From Methanococcus maripaludis (GTDB taxonomy: Archaea > AGJL01 > Methanococci > Methanococcales > Methanococcaceae), in contig NZ_CP026606.1 of assembly GCF_002945325.1 (NCBI RefSeq), positions 510,001 to 542,000 of the forward strand: a stretch of DNA of 32,000 nt, given 5' to 3'. Positions 18,293-27,102 of this stretch are shown piece by piece (within the stretch, counting starts at the first letter, position 1; every line of letters starts with the position of its first letter). The position numbers and the translations under genes were made by a program. The notes under the pieces are model-generated. The model did not search any database and was not told the origin of the DNA. It saw only the letters and a program-made list of their open reading frames with translations.

Positions 18293-18757
18293 TTATTCTG
18301 TTAATCTTAAGAGAATATCTTCTAAAAAATTTAAAAACACGTTTATAAATAAGGATAAGGATTCGATAAGAATCGATAAGAGCAGTATTATGATTCCGAT
18401 AGCAATTGAAAAATATGACAATGCAACTATCTCGTCAGGAGAATAATTAGTAAATATATCATATATGACCATAAAATTGCTAACAGCATAAATTAAAACC
18501 GATAAAGTATGAATAGCACGTTTACTTCCCCGAAAAATAGTTTTACGGTGCCTAATATTTATGACATATAGTATATATTGTAATATTTTTTTAAGATAAG
18601 CCGGTGCCAGGAAACCCATGATTAAAATTAATATCCAGATTCCTGCTAAACATAGGAATATAAAATGATATCTTGGATATGATATGAAAATGGCGATAAT
18701 TAAAACTAAAGATATATGCCTACTAATTTCACCCTTAAAATTGTTATTATCTTCCAT
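18293..18757 (-). CDS. Polytopic small membrane protein
   Basis: MEDNNNFKGEISRHISLVLIIAIFISYPRYHFIFLCLAGIWILILIMGFL...; about four hydrophobic helices; immediately upstream of the 16772..18265 gene. Confidence 0.7.
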   Translation of the reverse strand: MEDNNNFKGEISRHISLVLIIAIFISYPRYHFIFLCLAGIWILILIMGFLAPAYLKKILQYILYVINIRHRKTIFRGSKRAIHTLSVLIYAVSNFMVIYDIFTNYSPDEIVALSYFSIAIGIIILLLSILIESLSLFINVFLNFLEDILLRLTE

Positions 18758-19072
18758 TCCAACACCAAAATCATACAATAAAAATTTTATTATTAAATTA
18801 TAATTTTAATAAACAAATTTTCCCGAAAAATTATCAATTAAAATATTAAAAAAACAATATTTAAAAATGTCGAAAAGTTTCCTCAAAAAACAGTAAATTA
18901 TCCTAAATCTTAAAAAACCTTATCAGCTTTAAAAATTAATAAACACTGTTTTCTACCAATTAAAATCCCAAAAAACATTATTTTAATCAAATTTAAATCG
19001 TTTAATTCTTTTCGGAAATTTTATATTTATGTGGGGGTTAATTTAGTTTAACCATATTATGAGGGATGATTA

Positions 19073-22000
19073 ATGAGTAGTTCAGAAGTGGGGCAAATAA
19101 TTAAAACTGCAATGGATTATGAATCAAATAAAAAGTACGTAGAAGAGCGGTTAGACTCCATTAAACCTTATTTTGAAAATACAAAACACATTTATCCATT
19201 AATTTTTGATTGCATATTCTCAGCAGCAGGTATACCCCCTTTTGCAGCGATAACCGTCGCTTCTTTAGACACATATTATAAATTAACGGAAAAAAATTCT
19301 GCGGCAGAAAAAACTGAAGAATTGTTAAACTCAATATATAATAAAACATTGAACGTTACAGATCCAGAACTTCAAAACTATATTCAAAAAATACATGAAA
19401 CATTAACTCAAGGTTTAAGAAAAATAGACAGTAGTTTGGGTGAACTTAACGATAATATTCAAACAGGTAACGAATACCAGTGTGAAATGACTGAAACGCT
19501 TAAGGAAATACTTAATGATTTAAAAAAACATGGTATGATCCACATAACCGAAAAAATAGATTCATCATTGGCTCAAAGTTATGATATCAGTAAATTAAAA
19601 GAGTCATATTACTCTGCAATTACCTCGGGTGGAGAATGGCTACCCATAATAAAAGACTTAGATATTAAAAGATCCCAGCTAGATAATGTTAAGGATTTAA
19701 TTAGAAGTGGAAACTGTGTAATTATAACAGGTAATTCGGGTGATGGAAAAACTGAGTTTATAAAAAGACTTTCTTATGATATGAAAGATGAGATGGACAT
19801 ATATGTTCAAAATACTCATTCATTAAATTTAGATAATGCCATTTATGAATTGAAAAAATTAACATCTGATAAAAGGATACTTTTGTGTATTGATAATGCA
19901 TCATCAATAAACAATTTGTGGGAAGCTATAGATCAAATCCCGTCGAATTTTTCAGTCATTATGGCCGAACAGAAAATAACATGGGATAATTATTTAGATA
20001 ACTTAAATCGATCATTACCCCACAATTTAAAAGAGATTAAATTAGAAATCACAAAAATTGATATTGAAAACTGTTTTTTAAAAGTTATCCCTAAAAGATT
20101 ATCCCATATTTGTGGAAGATTAGCAAATGGATTATATGAATCAGGCGTCAAAGGATCCATATCTCCTTGGATACTTATTGTAACGGGGATAAACAGTTTA
20201 AAACTGTCTCGGGATATGCGTAATGTATCATCAAGGAATATAAAAGCCAAAATAATTAATAATATCAATAATTATTTCAAAAAATCCAAAAATTCAGGTA
20301 AATTTTCGTTAATACTTCCAATAATGATTTTAAAATTATATGACATAGATTATTCAAAAAATATTTTTTATGAAATATATGGCCATAATTATCAGCAATT
20401 AAATGAATTAATGGATCACGGACATATAAAAATAGATTGTGATAAAATTACTACCTACCACCCAGCCATTTTGCTCCCATTTCTAAAAGATAATCTTGGA
20501 AACGATTTATTTTATGAAATAAAGAAACATCTTGATAATTATTTAAATAAAATTTTTAGTAAGGGGGAAAAATTAAGGTATCAAGATGTATTGTACCCCA
20601 TTGGTAGTAATTGCATACATAATACAAATAGGCTTAAGACAGGTTTTATCGACCAGATAAAATACGGAATTAAAATTTTAAAAAAGATTCCAGAATACCA
20701 GCTAGATAATAAAGTGTTAAAATTAATTTCTGAAGCATATTATAAATTAATGGATTATATTAACACTGAAAAATATCTAAATGATATTTTAAAAAATAAC
20801 CCTAATGATTATTATGCCAAATATAATTTAATAAACTTATATTTGGAAAAAGGCGAAATAAATAAATTAATCCAATCTTTTGATGAAATAAAAAAGTATC
20901 CTGATATTTATAAACACTACCCTGTAATTATGGATTTATATATCGGAAAAATACCTGCCGTGGAATTAATACAGTATTTAGAATTACTTTATGAAAAAGA
21001 TCCTAAAAATATGAACGTTGCAGCAGCCCTGTCCAATATGTATTCTTTTATATTAAATGAGGAAATGACCGATTATTATCTATCCAAAATAACAATTGAA
21101 AAGTTAAAACCTTCTGCAATCAGTAATGCTGTATCATCCTATTGTCAGATGGGAAACTATGAAAAAATTGATGAAGTATTAAAGAATTTAGAAAAAAATA
21201 ATAGTAAAAATATCAACTTATGTCGTGGATCTTATTATTTGTATAAAGGAGAATATCGGGAATATATATCGATTATTAATAACTTTTTAACGGATTATGA
21301 ACATGATATTGGTTTTAATTTACTAAATGTATCCATTTTATACCCCCTTATGGATAAATCTGCAATAAAATCGCTTGATAGACTAAAAAAGTTTTATGGC
21401 CTTAACGAAGTCTTAAAGATGGAGTATATGAAATATTACTCTAATTTTGGAAATTATACTGAAGCATTACGATTTTTTGAAGATATCATAACAGATTCTC
21501 CAGATAATATAGATGCTTATTCAGAAGTATGTTGGATGTATATAGATATGGGTAATTATCAAAAAGCGCTAGAAGTTTCCAAAAGAGTATATGAAAAATT
21601 CCCAAAAATTCCTGAAGTTATAATTAATCATGCTAAAATCAATGCAATTAATGGAAATATTTTGGAATCAAAAAAATGTTTAGATGAGTATATTTTGAAA
21701 TACGGCATTGATAGTTTGTCAATTAGTGAGATTACTCCAGTTTATTATGAATTAAAAGATTATGATAATACATTAAAATATGGATTAAAATTGGTAGATA
21801 CCCAAAATGACTCAGAAGTACTGATTTGTGTATCTGATAGTTATTACGAAAAGAAAAAATATAAAGAAGCACTTGAGTTAGTTAAAAAATTATTAAACTC
21901 AATACCCCTCCATATTGAAGGAAACTTGGTATGTGGAAAAATATATCATAAATTAGGCGATATTCCTGAATCAAAAAAATATTTGAAAAAGTGTAAAGAA

Positions 22001-22102
22001 TTATGTGATGAATTTAATAAACCTCGAATTAAAGCAAAACTAACTGAATATGTCGAAAAATATCCATTAGTAAATGTTTATAATTCTTCAATCATTTCAT
22101 AA
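19073..22102 (+). CDS. Large P-loop NTPase with C-terminal TPR array (STAND-like)
   Basis: Walker A NCVIITGNSGDGKTEF, Walker B-like KRILLCIDNAS, then many TPR-like helices (YYAKYNLINLYLEKGEINK; GNYTEALRFFEDIITDSPDNIDAYSEVCWMYIDMGNYQKALEVSKR). Confidence 0.8.
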   Translation: MSSSEVGQIIKTAMDYESNKKYVEERLDSIKPYFENTKHIYPLIFDCIFSAAGIPPFAAITVASLDTYYKLTEKNSAAEKTEELLNSIYNKTLNVTDPELQNYIQKIHETLTQGLRKIDSSLGELNDNIQTGNEYQCEMTETLKEILNDLKKHGMIHITEKIDSSLAQSYDISKLKESYYSAITSGGEWLPIIKDLDIKRSQLDNVKDLIRSGNCVIITGNSGDGKTEFIKRLSYDMKDEMDIYVQNTHSLNLDNAIYELKKLTSDKRILLCIDNASSINNLWEAIDQIPSNFSVIMAEQKITWDNYLDNLNRSLPHNLKEIKLEITKIDIENCFLKVIPKRLSHICGRLANGLYESGVKGSISPWILIVTGINSLKLSRDMRNVSSRNIKAKIINNINNYFKKSKNSGKFSLILPIMILKLYDIDYSKNIFYEIYGHNYQQLNELMDHGHIKIDCDKITTYHPAILLPFLKDNLGNDLFYEIKKHLDNYLNKIFSKGEKLRYQDVLYPIGSNCIHNTNRLKTGFIDQIKYGIKILKKIPEYQLDNKVLKLISEAYYKLMDYINTEKYLNDILKNNPNDYYAKYNLINLYLEKGEINKLIQSFDEIKKYPDIYKHYPVIMDLYIGKIPAVELIQYLELLYEKDPKNMNVAAALSNMYSFILNEEMTDYYLSKITIEKLKPSAISNAVSSYCQMGNYEKIDEVLKNLEKNNSKNINLCRGSYYLYKGEYREYISIINNFLTDYEHDIGFNLLNVSILYPLMDKSAIKSLDRLKKFYGLNEVLKMEYMKYYSNFGNYTEALRFFEDIITDSPDNIDAYSEVCWMYIDMGNYQKALEVSKRVYEKFPKIPEVIINHAKINAINGNILESKKCLDEYILKYGIDSLSISEITPVYYELKDYDNTLKYGLKLVDTQNDSEVLICVSDSYYEKKKYKEALELVKKLLNSIPLHIEGNLVCGKIYHKLGDIPESKKYLKKCKELCDEFNKPRIKAKLTEYVEKYPLVNVYNSSIIS

Positions 22103-22350
22103 ACGTTTAAAGCTTTTTTTCCTTTTTCGGTCAATTTAAAATAACTTTTTGGCAAATTCTTAGCAGTATCTTCGTCAATTCTTTTTGAAACAAAACCATT
22201 ATCCTGCAATTCTTGTAAAAGCTGGCTTAAATTACTTTTATTAATTTTAACTTCATCATTTATTTGCTGAACGTACAATTCCCCACTCTCGTTTAAGAGT
22301 TTTAAAATATTCTCCACGTGTTTCTTTGAAAGTAATTTTAAAATAGACAT
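22078..22350 (-). CDS. Winged-helix transcriptional regulator
   Basis: KKHVENILKLLNESGELYVQQINDEVKINKSNLSQLLQELQDNGFVSKR...YFKLTEKGKKAL; paralog of 23533..23820. Confidence 0.75.
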   Translation of the reverse strand: MSILKLLSKKHVENILKLLNESGELYVQQINDEVKINKSNLSQLLQELQDNGFVSKRIDEDTAKNLPKSYFKLTEKGKKALNVYEMIEEL

Positions 22351-22359
22351 TGTTTATCA

Positions 22360-23442
22360 CTAATTTTTAAAATCAAACTTAAATTGTTCAAATTTTATCG
22401 ATAACATTAAGCAAAATTCTATTACAAAATTTTTTGTAATTCTAAATTTTTCACGTTTTGATTTCCAATGGTGAACTTCCTCATTTAGCATTTTATTTAC
22501 TGCTTTTAAGGTTCTTCCTTCACCTTCGGTTAAATTAAAGTTTTTAGAAAGATATTTGTGTTTTTGCACTCTCGGAGGATCTTTTAAATCCTTATCAACT
22601 TTAAATTTTTTCGTAGATATTGTTCCAACATTGTCAATTATCTGATCACAATATCTGTTAAAAAACTCCCTTAATAAATCAATTGATTTTTTTATCTCAA
22701 ATTCATCTTCAGAATATTTGTAATAATCATTATCAATTTTATCCAAAACTTCATTTAATTCCTGATTAAAACCGTATTCTTTAATGCTTTTCTTTAATTT
22801 AATCAGATCTTCGTTTATTTCCGTATTAATTCCTTCATCTAATTTTAATTTTAATCGTTCCATTTGAACTTGATTTACCAACATGTGGAGATTATAAAGA
22901 TTTTCATTATGCAACCGCTTAGTAGGCGTACTATAACCCAGACCATTTGGAGGATGCCCATTACTTTCCGTATCCAATTTTTTTAAAATAAGTTTTAGAT
23001 TTTTCAATATATCGTCTGGAAGATCTTGATATTCCTCAGATAAAATATAATTCCAAATATCACAGAAAAGACTAAGTTTTAGACCATACGCTGAAAATTG
23101 TGATGAAAAGCATTTTTCAAACAGTGTGTCATATCTTTTCAGCTTATGTAAAAAATAAGTAGTTAAAACTATATTTTCAATATCATATATTTTTGAAGAA
23201 ACGTATTTTAAAAATTCATTTTTTAAATCTTCTGAAACATTTGCGTTATAAAGTTTCAGTAAATATTCACAATTTTCATACTTTGTATATGTTTTCCATT
23301 CATTTTGTTCAGAAAATGGGTTTTTACCGCCTTTGACTATTTTATACGTGGTTTTATTACTTTGTTTTTTTGGAAACTCCCTATTATGCTCCTGAAACTC
23401 AAATATTATATCAATTCGATATTTTATTTCTTCAAAATCCAT
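22360..23442 (-). CDS. Hypothetical protein, 360 aa
   Basis: Long ORF with no confidently recognised family, flanked by two related wHTH genes on the same strand. Confidence 0.7.
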   Translation of the reverse strand: MDFEEIKYRIDIIFEFQEHNREFPKKQSNKTTYKIVKGGKNPFSEQNEWKTYTKYENCEYLLKLYNANVSEDLKNEFLKYVSSKIYDIENIVLTTYFLHKLKRYDTLFEKCFSSQFSAYGLKLSLFCDIWNYILSEEYQDLPDDILKNLKLILKKLDTESNGHPPNGLGYSTPTKRLHNENLYNLHMLVNQVQMERLKLKLDEGINTEINEDLIKLKKSIKEYGFNQELNEVLDKIDNDYYKYSEDEFEIKKSIDLLREFFNRYCDQIIDNVGTISTKKFKVDKDLKDPPRVQKHKYLSKNFNLTEGEGRTLKAVNKMLNEEVHHWKSKREKFRITKNFVIEFCLMLSIKFEQFKFDFKN

Positions 23443-23532
23443 TTCCCCACCTTTAATTTATTTTCCCTCGTTAAATAAACTTAAATGTCCAATATTTAAT
23501 CAAATTATTCTTTAAATTTAAAAAATTTAATT

Positions 23533-23820
23533 TTATTCAAAAGAATACTTATTTTCAATTTCTTTTTCAATGTCATAAAGAGAATACGCCTCTTTTCCAA
23601 AATCCGTAAGTGAATAGTACGTTTTATTTAATTTTTTACCTTCCTCTTCTTCTTCCTTTTTCAAAATCTTAAAACTAACAAGCAAATTTAAAATTTTACT
23701 TAAGTTACCCTTATTGATTGCAACATGTTCGCAGATTTCACCAAAATAAACTCTTTCGTGGAAATTTAACAAATCTAAGATTTCTCGAACGTGTTTTTTT
23801 CCAAGGGTTTCAATTAACAT
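23533..23820 (-). CDS. Winged-helix transcriptional regulator
   Basis: KKHVREILDLLNFHERVYFGEICEHVAINKGNLSKILNLLVSFKILKK...YYSLTDFGKEA. Confidence 0.72.
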   Translation of the reverse strand: MLIETLGKKHVREILDLLNFHERVYFGEICEHVAINKGNLSKILNLLVSFKILKKEEEEEGKKLNKTYYSLTDFGKEAYSLYDIEKEIENKYSFE

Positions 23821-23986
23821 GCTTTCACTATCTTTTTTAAATAAAATAGTATTTTGTTTTAGATATATAGTAATATTTTATTTTATTACTATGTTGTAAA
23901 AAAAGAAACTTTTAAATAATATCTAAATTATAAGTTATGTTGTAAAAAAGTAAAACATAATACTAAAATAAACAGGTGAAACCAAC

Positions 23987-24397
23987 ATGACAGAAATAGA
24001 AGAAAAAATCTTGAATACAGTAAAACGACATGATGAATTAAACGATATTCTAAAATCCGTACTCTATAAAATGACACTGACAGGTTTTGAAGCATTTGAA
24101 GACTACAAAAAATATTTAAATCCTGATTCATTTCCAAATGCGGTCCGAAAAATCGAATCAGTTGAAGAAGTACTTGATGACAGGTTAGCAGTTCACAAAC
24201 TTCAAAAAATAAAATTCCATGACCTTGAAACAGATTCGATAGAACTGCTTTCAGAAAAAACATTTACAGTTGAACAGTTCTTAGTTGGATATATTGTTCC
24301 AGAAAATGAAGTAATTGAAGAAATCAAAAAAGGAAACGAATTATATTATTCAAAAGAAGCTGAACTTTTCTATAAAATAAATGTTGACGAATTTTAA
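23987..24397 (+). CDS. Conserved 136-aa hypothetical protein, paralog of 10857..11267
   Basis: MTEIEEKILNTVKRHDELNDILKSVLYKMTLTGFEAFEDYKKY...ELFYKINVDEF, preceded by CAGGTGAAA. Confidence 0.8.
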   Translation: MTEIEEKILNTVKRHDELNDILKSVLYKMTLTGFEAFEDYKKYLNPDSFPNAVRKIESVEEVLDDRLAVHKLQKIKFHDLETDSIELLSEKTFTVEQFLVGYIVPENEVIEEIKKGNELYYSKEAELFYKINVDEF

Positions 24398-24818
24398 CTT
24401 TTCTTTTTTTAAAAACATTGTAATTTATCCTTATTTTATTATATTTTTTAGAGGTTACCACGTGGTAACTTTTTGGTAACTTTTTGGTAACCTTAAAACT
24501 AAACAGATTAAAGGTATTTTTTAGATTAACTAATAGATTAAAAAATTAATATTAAAGTTACCATGGTTACCAAAATATTTTTAATTTTGAAAAAAATCTA
24601 AAACACAATATTTAGGAAAACTTTTATTATTTTTTAGGAAAAATCCACATATTTGTTAATAATTACCTAACCCTGAGAGGTCATCGTCCTTTTGGTCCCC
24701 CTACCCCTCACGTCAATAGGAGCGGTAAACGTCATAGGAGTAAATTTGTGACCTAAGAGAGAAAATCAGTATAAAAACTATATAAAGAAAACTTCTAAAA
24801 ATCGCATTAAAACAGAAA

Positions 24819-24903
24819 CGCGGAGACCGAGATTTGAACTCGGGTTACTCAGAGAGTAACGGGATTAGCAGTCCCGCGCCGTACCAGACTGGGCCATCTC
24901 CGC
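24819..24903 (-). tRNA. tRNA-Ser (GCU)
   Basis: Reverse complement folds as GCGGAGA...CGGGA CTGCTAA TCCCG, long variable arm TTACTCTCTGAGTAAC, CCGGGTTCAAATCTCGG, TCTCCGC G; anticodon GCT. Confidence 0.95.
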
Positions 24904-24977
24904 ACGAACAACTTAATAAGGGTGATTATTCTATAAATACTTTTCCATGCTCAAAATTTAAAACAAAAATGATTTTT

Positions 24978-26624
24978 TTAAATTTTTGAATTTTCTGGAA
25001 CATTTAAAATATAAAACGGCCATTTTTTGAGAACCCCTTTTGGAAGATCGCCTTTTTTAACCTTTTCTAAAAGTTCAGTGTGGTCAATTGCAGTTTTAAC
25101 ATCAGTATTTCCCATTTCAAGTGAAATCTTCTCATTTTTTAAAGCTTTTTCTATATCTTCCCCGATCGAACAGTTTGGCATTTCCTCTTTTATTTTATCA
25201 ATAAGCACATTTTTATTATTTTCAAGCGGTAAAACCATTTTATAAGAGTCACTTGAAACTAAAAGTACAGGATTATCCTTTTCTAATCCAAATCTCTGCC
25301 CCATACACGAAACCATCTTTCGAGGGTTGAATACCTCAATTCCACCAATATCAAAATAATCTCCTGCAAAAAATTCTGTATTTTCCGGAAAACCTTCGAG
25401 TTTCATTTCTAATTTTAATTTAAATCCAGATCTTAAAATTTCACCAGAAATTTTTGGAATCCCTTCCTGATTTAAGATAGTTATTACATCCCCTGTATCG
25501 ATATTTATTAAAGGATTTGAACCAGGCCTTGAAACAAGCAAAACTCCATATTTATCTTTAGTTTTAGAGATAAATTCCTTTTTACCCTTTCTTTCAATTA
25601 CAGGATACGTTAAGGGAAATGTATACATTCTGTAATTATCTTCCTTATTTATCCCTCCTGCAAATGGGCCGATTTCGCTTCCAACGTAGAGGTTTGTAAA
25701 CTTTTCTTCGCCAACATTCCAACCCATAAATTTCCTAATTTTTACCCATTCATCTTTTGAAAGAGAAGTTATGCTAAATATCAGCGTAGCATCTTTAAGT
25801 GCTTCGGAAAGCCTGTTTTGGATTTCTTCTGCAAAATTTTTAAGTCCAATTCGATCATACAATTTTTTTAATTCGAAAGCTTCTCTGTTTTCTTCTTTTA
25901 TTGTTTCCCAATCAATTGATTTTATTGATTTTTCAAGTCCAGTTCTTAATTTATCAATATCTGCCCATTTGATAATCGTTGCTGCAGGTGCAGAAATTAC
26001 TGAAATATCGTCAAGAGCTAGTATTTTTGAAATTGTAAGTAAATTAAGCGCATTTTTGTATTCATCGATTAAATACGAAGAAGGGCGGATGTGTGACAAA
26101 ACAACTCGTTGAGAAAATTCCGACGTGTAAAGGCGAATAAGGTTTAAATCATCAACTTTTGATAAACCATCAACTTTAATCCTGCTTGGAACAAAAATTA
26201 CTGGTGATTTGTTTTTTGATAATCCGCTTGATTCAAATATTGCCTGCATTCCTGGAACCCAGACTCGCTTTAAAAAATCATCAGAAATTAAAAACCATTT
26301 TAACTTTGTAATGTCCCCTCCAGAAGTTCCAGATGTATGGGTTACGATTGCAGTATCTTTTGAAAATAAATCGTTTATATCATCTTTTTCGAGTTTTTCT
26401 TTTAAAAAAGTTTTAGGATTTAATGAAAACTCTTTTGGATCAGTTTTTTTTGAATATGTATCCGTTATAATATCATTTGAAAGCCCAGAATTTTTAAAAA
26501 TTGCATCTTCGTATTCTTCGACTGAAGAGATGTCTAACCATTTTTTCCAATTGGAGCTTTTAATATCCTTAAAATAACTATAAAATACTTTTTGAAGGTT
26601 GATATCAAAATCGTAAGCATCCAA
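24978..26624 (-). CDS. PaaK/ANL-like adenylate-forming enzyme
   Basis: THTSGTSGGDITKLKWF resembles the adenylation P-loop motif of PaaK-like ligases. NVYVGSEIGPFAG-type and PLINIDTGDVITIL segments also fit. Confidence 0.55.
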   Translation of the reverse strand: MDAYDFDINLQKVFYSYFKDIKSSNWKKWLDISSVEEYEDAIFKNSGLSNDIITDTYSKKTDPKEFSLNPKTFLKEKLEKDDINDLFSKDTAIVTHTSGTSGGDITKLKWFLISDDFLKRVWVPGMQAIFESSGLSKNKSPVIFVPSRIKVDGLSKVDDLNLIRLYTSEFSQRVVLSHIRPSSYLIDEYKNALNLLTISKILALDDISVISAPAATIIKWADIDKLRTGLEKSIKSIDWETIKEENREAFELKKLYDRIGLKNFAEEIQNRLSEALKDATLIFSITSLSKDEWVKIRKFMGWNVGEEKFTNLYVGSEIGPFAGGINKEDNYRMYTFPLTYPVIERKGKKEFISKTKDKYGVLLVSRPGSNPLINIDTGDVITILNQEGIPKISGEILRSGFKLKLEMKLEGFPENTEFFAGDYFDIGGIEVFNPRKMVSCMGQRFGLEKDNPVLLVSSDSYKMVLPLENNKNVLIDKIKEEMPNCSIGEDIEKALKNEKISLEMGNTDVKTAIDHTELLEKVKKGDLPKGVLKKWPFYILNVPENSKI

Positions 26625-26791
26625 AAATACCGCCTCCGTGCGATTTAATAAAGATATGTCATAAAAAGTATATTTTAATTTCGAAATTTTAGAAACCCCT
26701 CAACATCTTTTTCGAAAAATATAATTAAATTAAAATAGACCCGACATAAATATTAATTTTATTATAATGAAAATAGATAGGGGGTAAAATT

Positions 26792-26989
26792 ATGGTATCT
26801 TTACTACCAATTTTAGCAGGCTCTTGTTTAGTGATAGCGACAATTACAACGCTATTTATTCGAAAGATTAAAAAAGAGATTCAAACTATTAAAGAAGGTA
26901 ATTCAAATATGGCGGATTCTTCAATTTACGACACAGAATGCGGTCATAATAATCATCACCATGATTGTGACGACTGTGATAATGATTAA
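26792..26989 (+). CDS. Small single-helix membrane protein with His/Cys/Asp-rich tail
   Basis: MVSLLPILAGSCLVIATITTLFIRKIKK...DTECGHNNHHHDCDDCDND, preceded by GGGGGT. Confidence 0.6.
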   Translation: MVSLLPILAGSCLVIATITTLFIRKIKKEIQTIKEGNSNMADSSIYDTECGHNNHHHDCDDCDND

Positions 26990-27102
26990 GAAATATTAAA
27001 AATTTCAAGTAATTCCAATCGAGAAATATAAAATTTCTAAAAAAGATTCTTAAAAATTTAAAAAAAGAATTTAAAATAATTTTAAGTAAAAAAGGAGATT
27101 AA

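Noticed and set aside
22078-22102. 25-bp overlap of convergent genes as a special antisense regulator
   Set aside because: Convergent end overlaps of this size are common; not sufficient on its own.
24819-24903. A second partial tRNA-Ser copy defining an att site
   Set aside because: Looked by eye for CCGGGTTCAAATCTCGG/TCTCCGC elsewhere in the window and found none; any partner site must lie outside.
25027-26577. Plus-strand ORFs (72, 113 and 122 aa) over the adenylating-enzyme gene
   Set aside because: Antisense shadows of the 548-aa minus-strand coding sequence.
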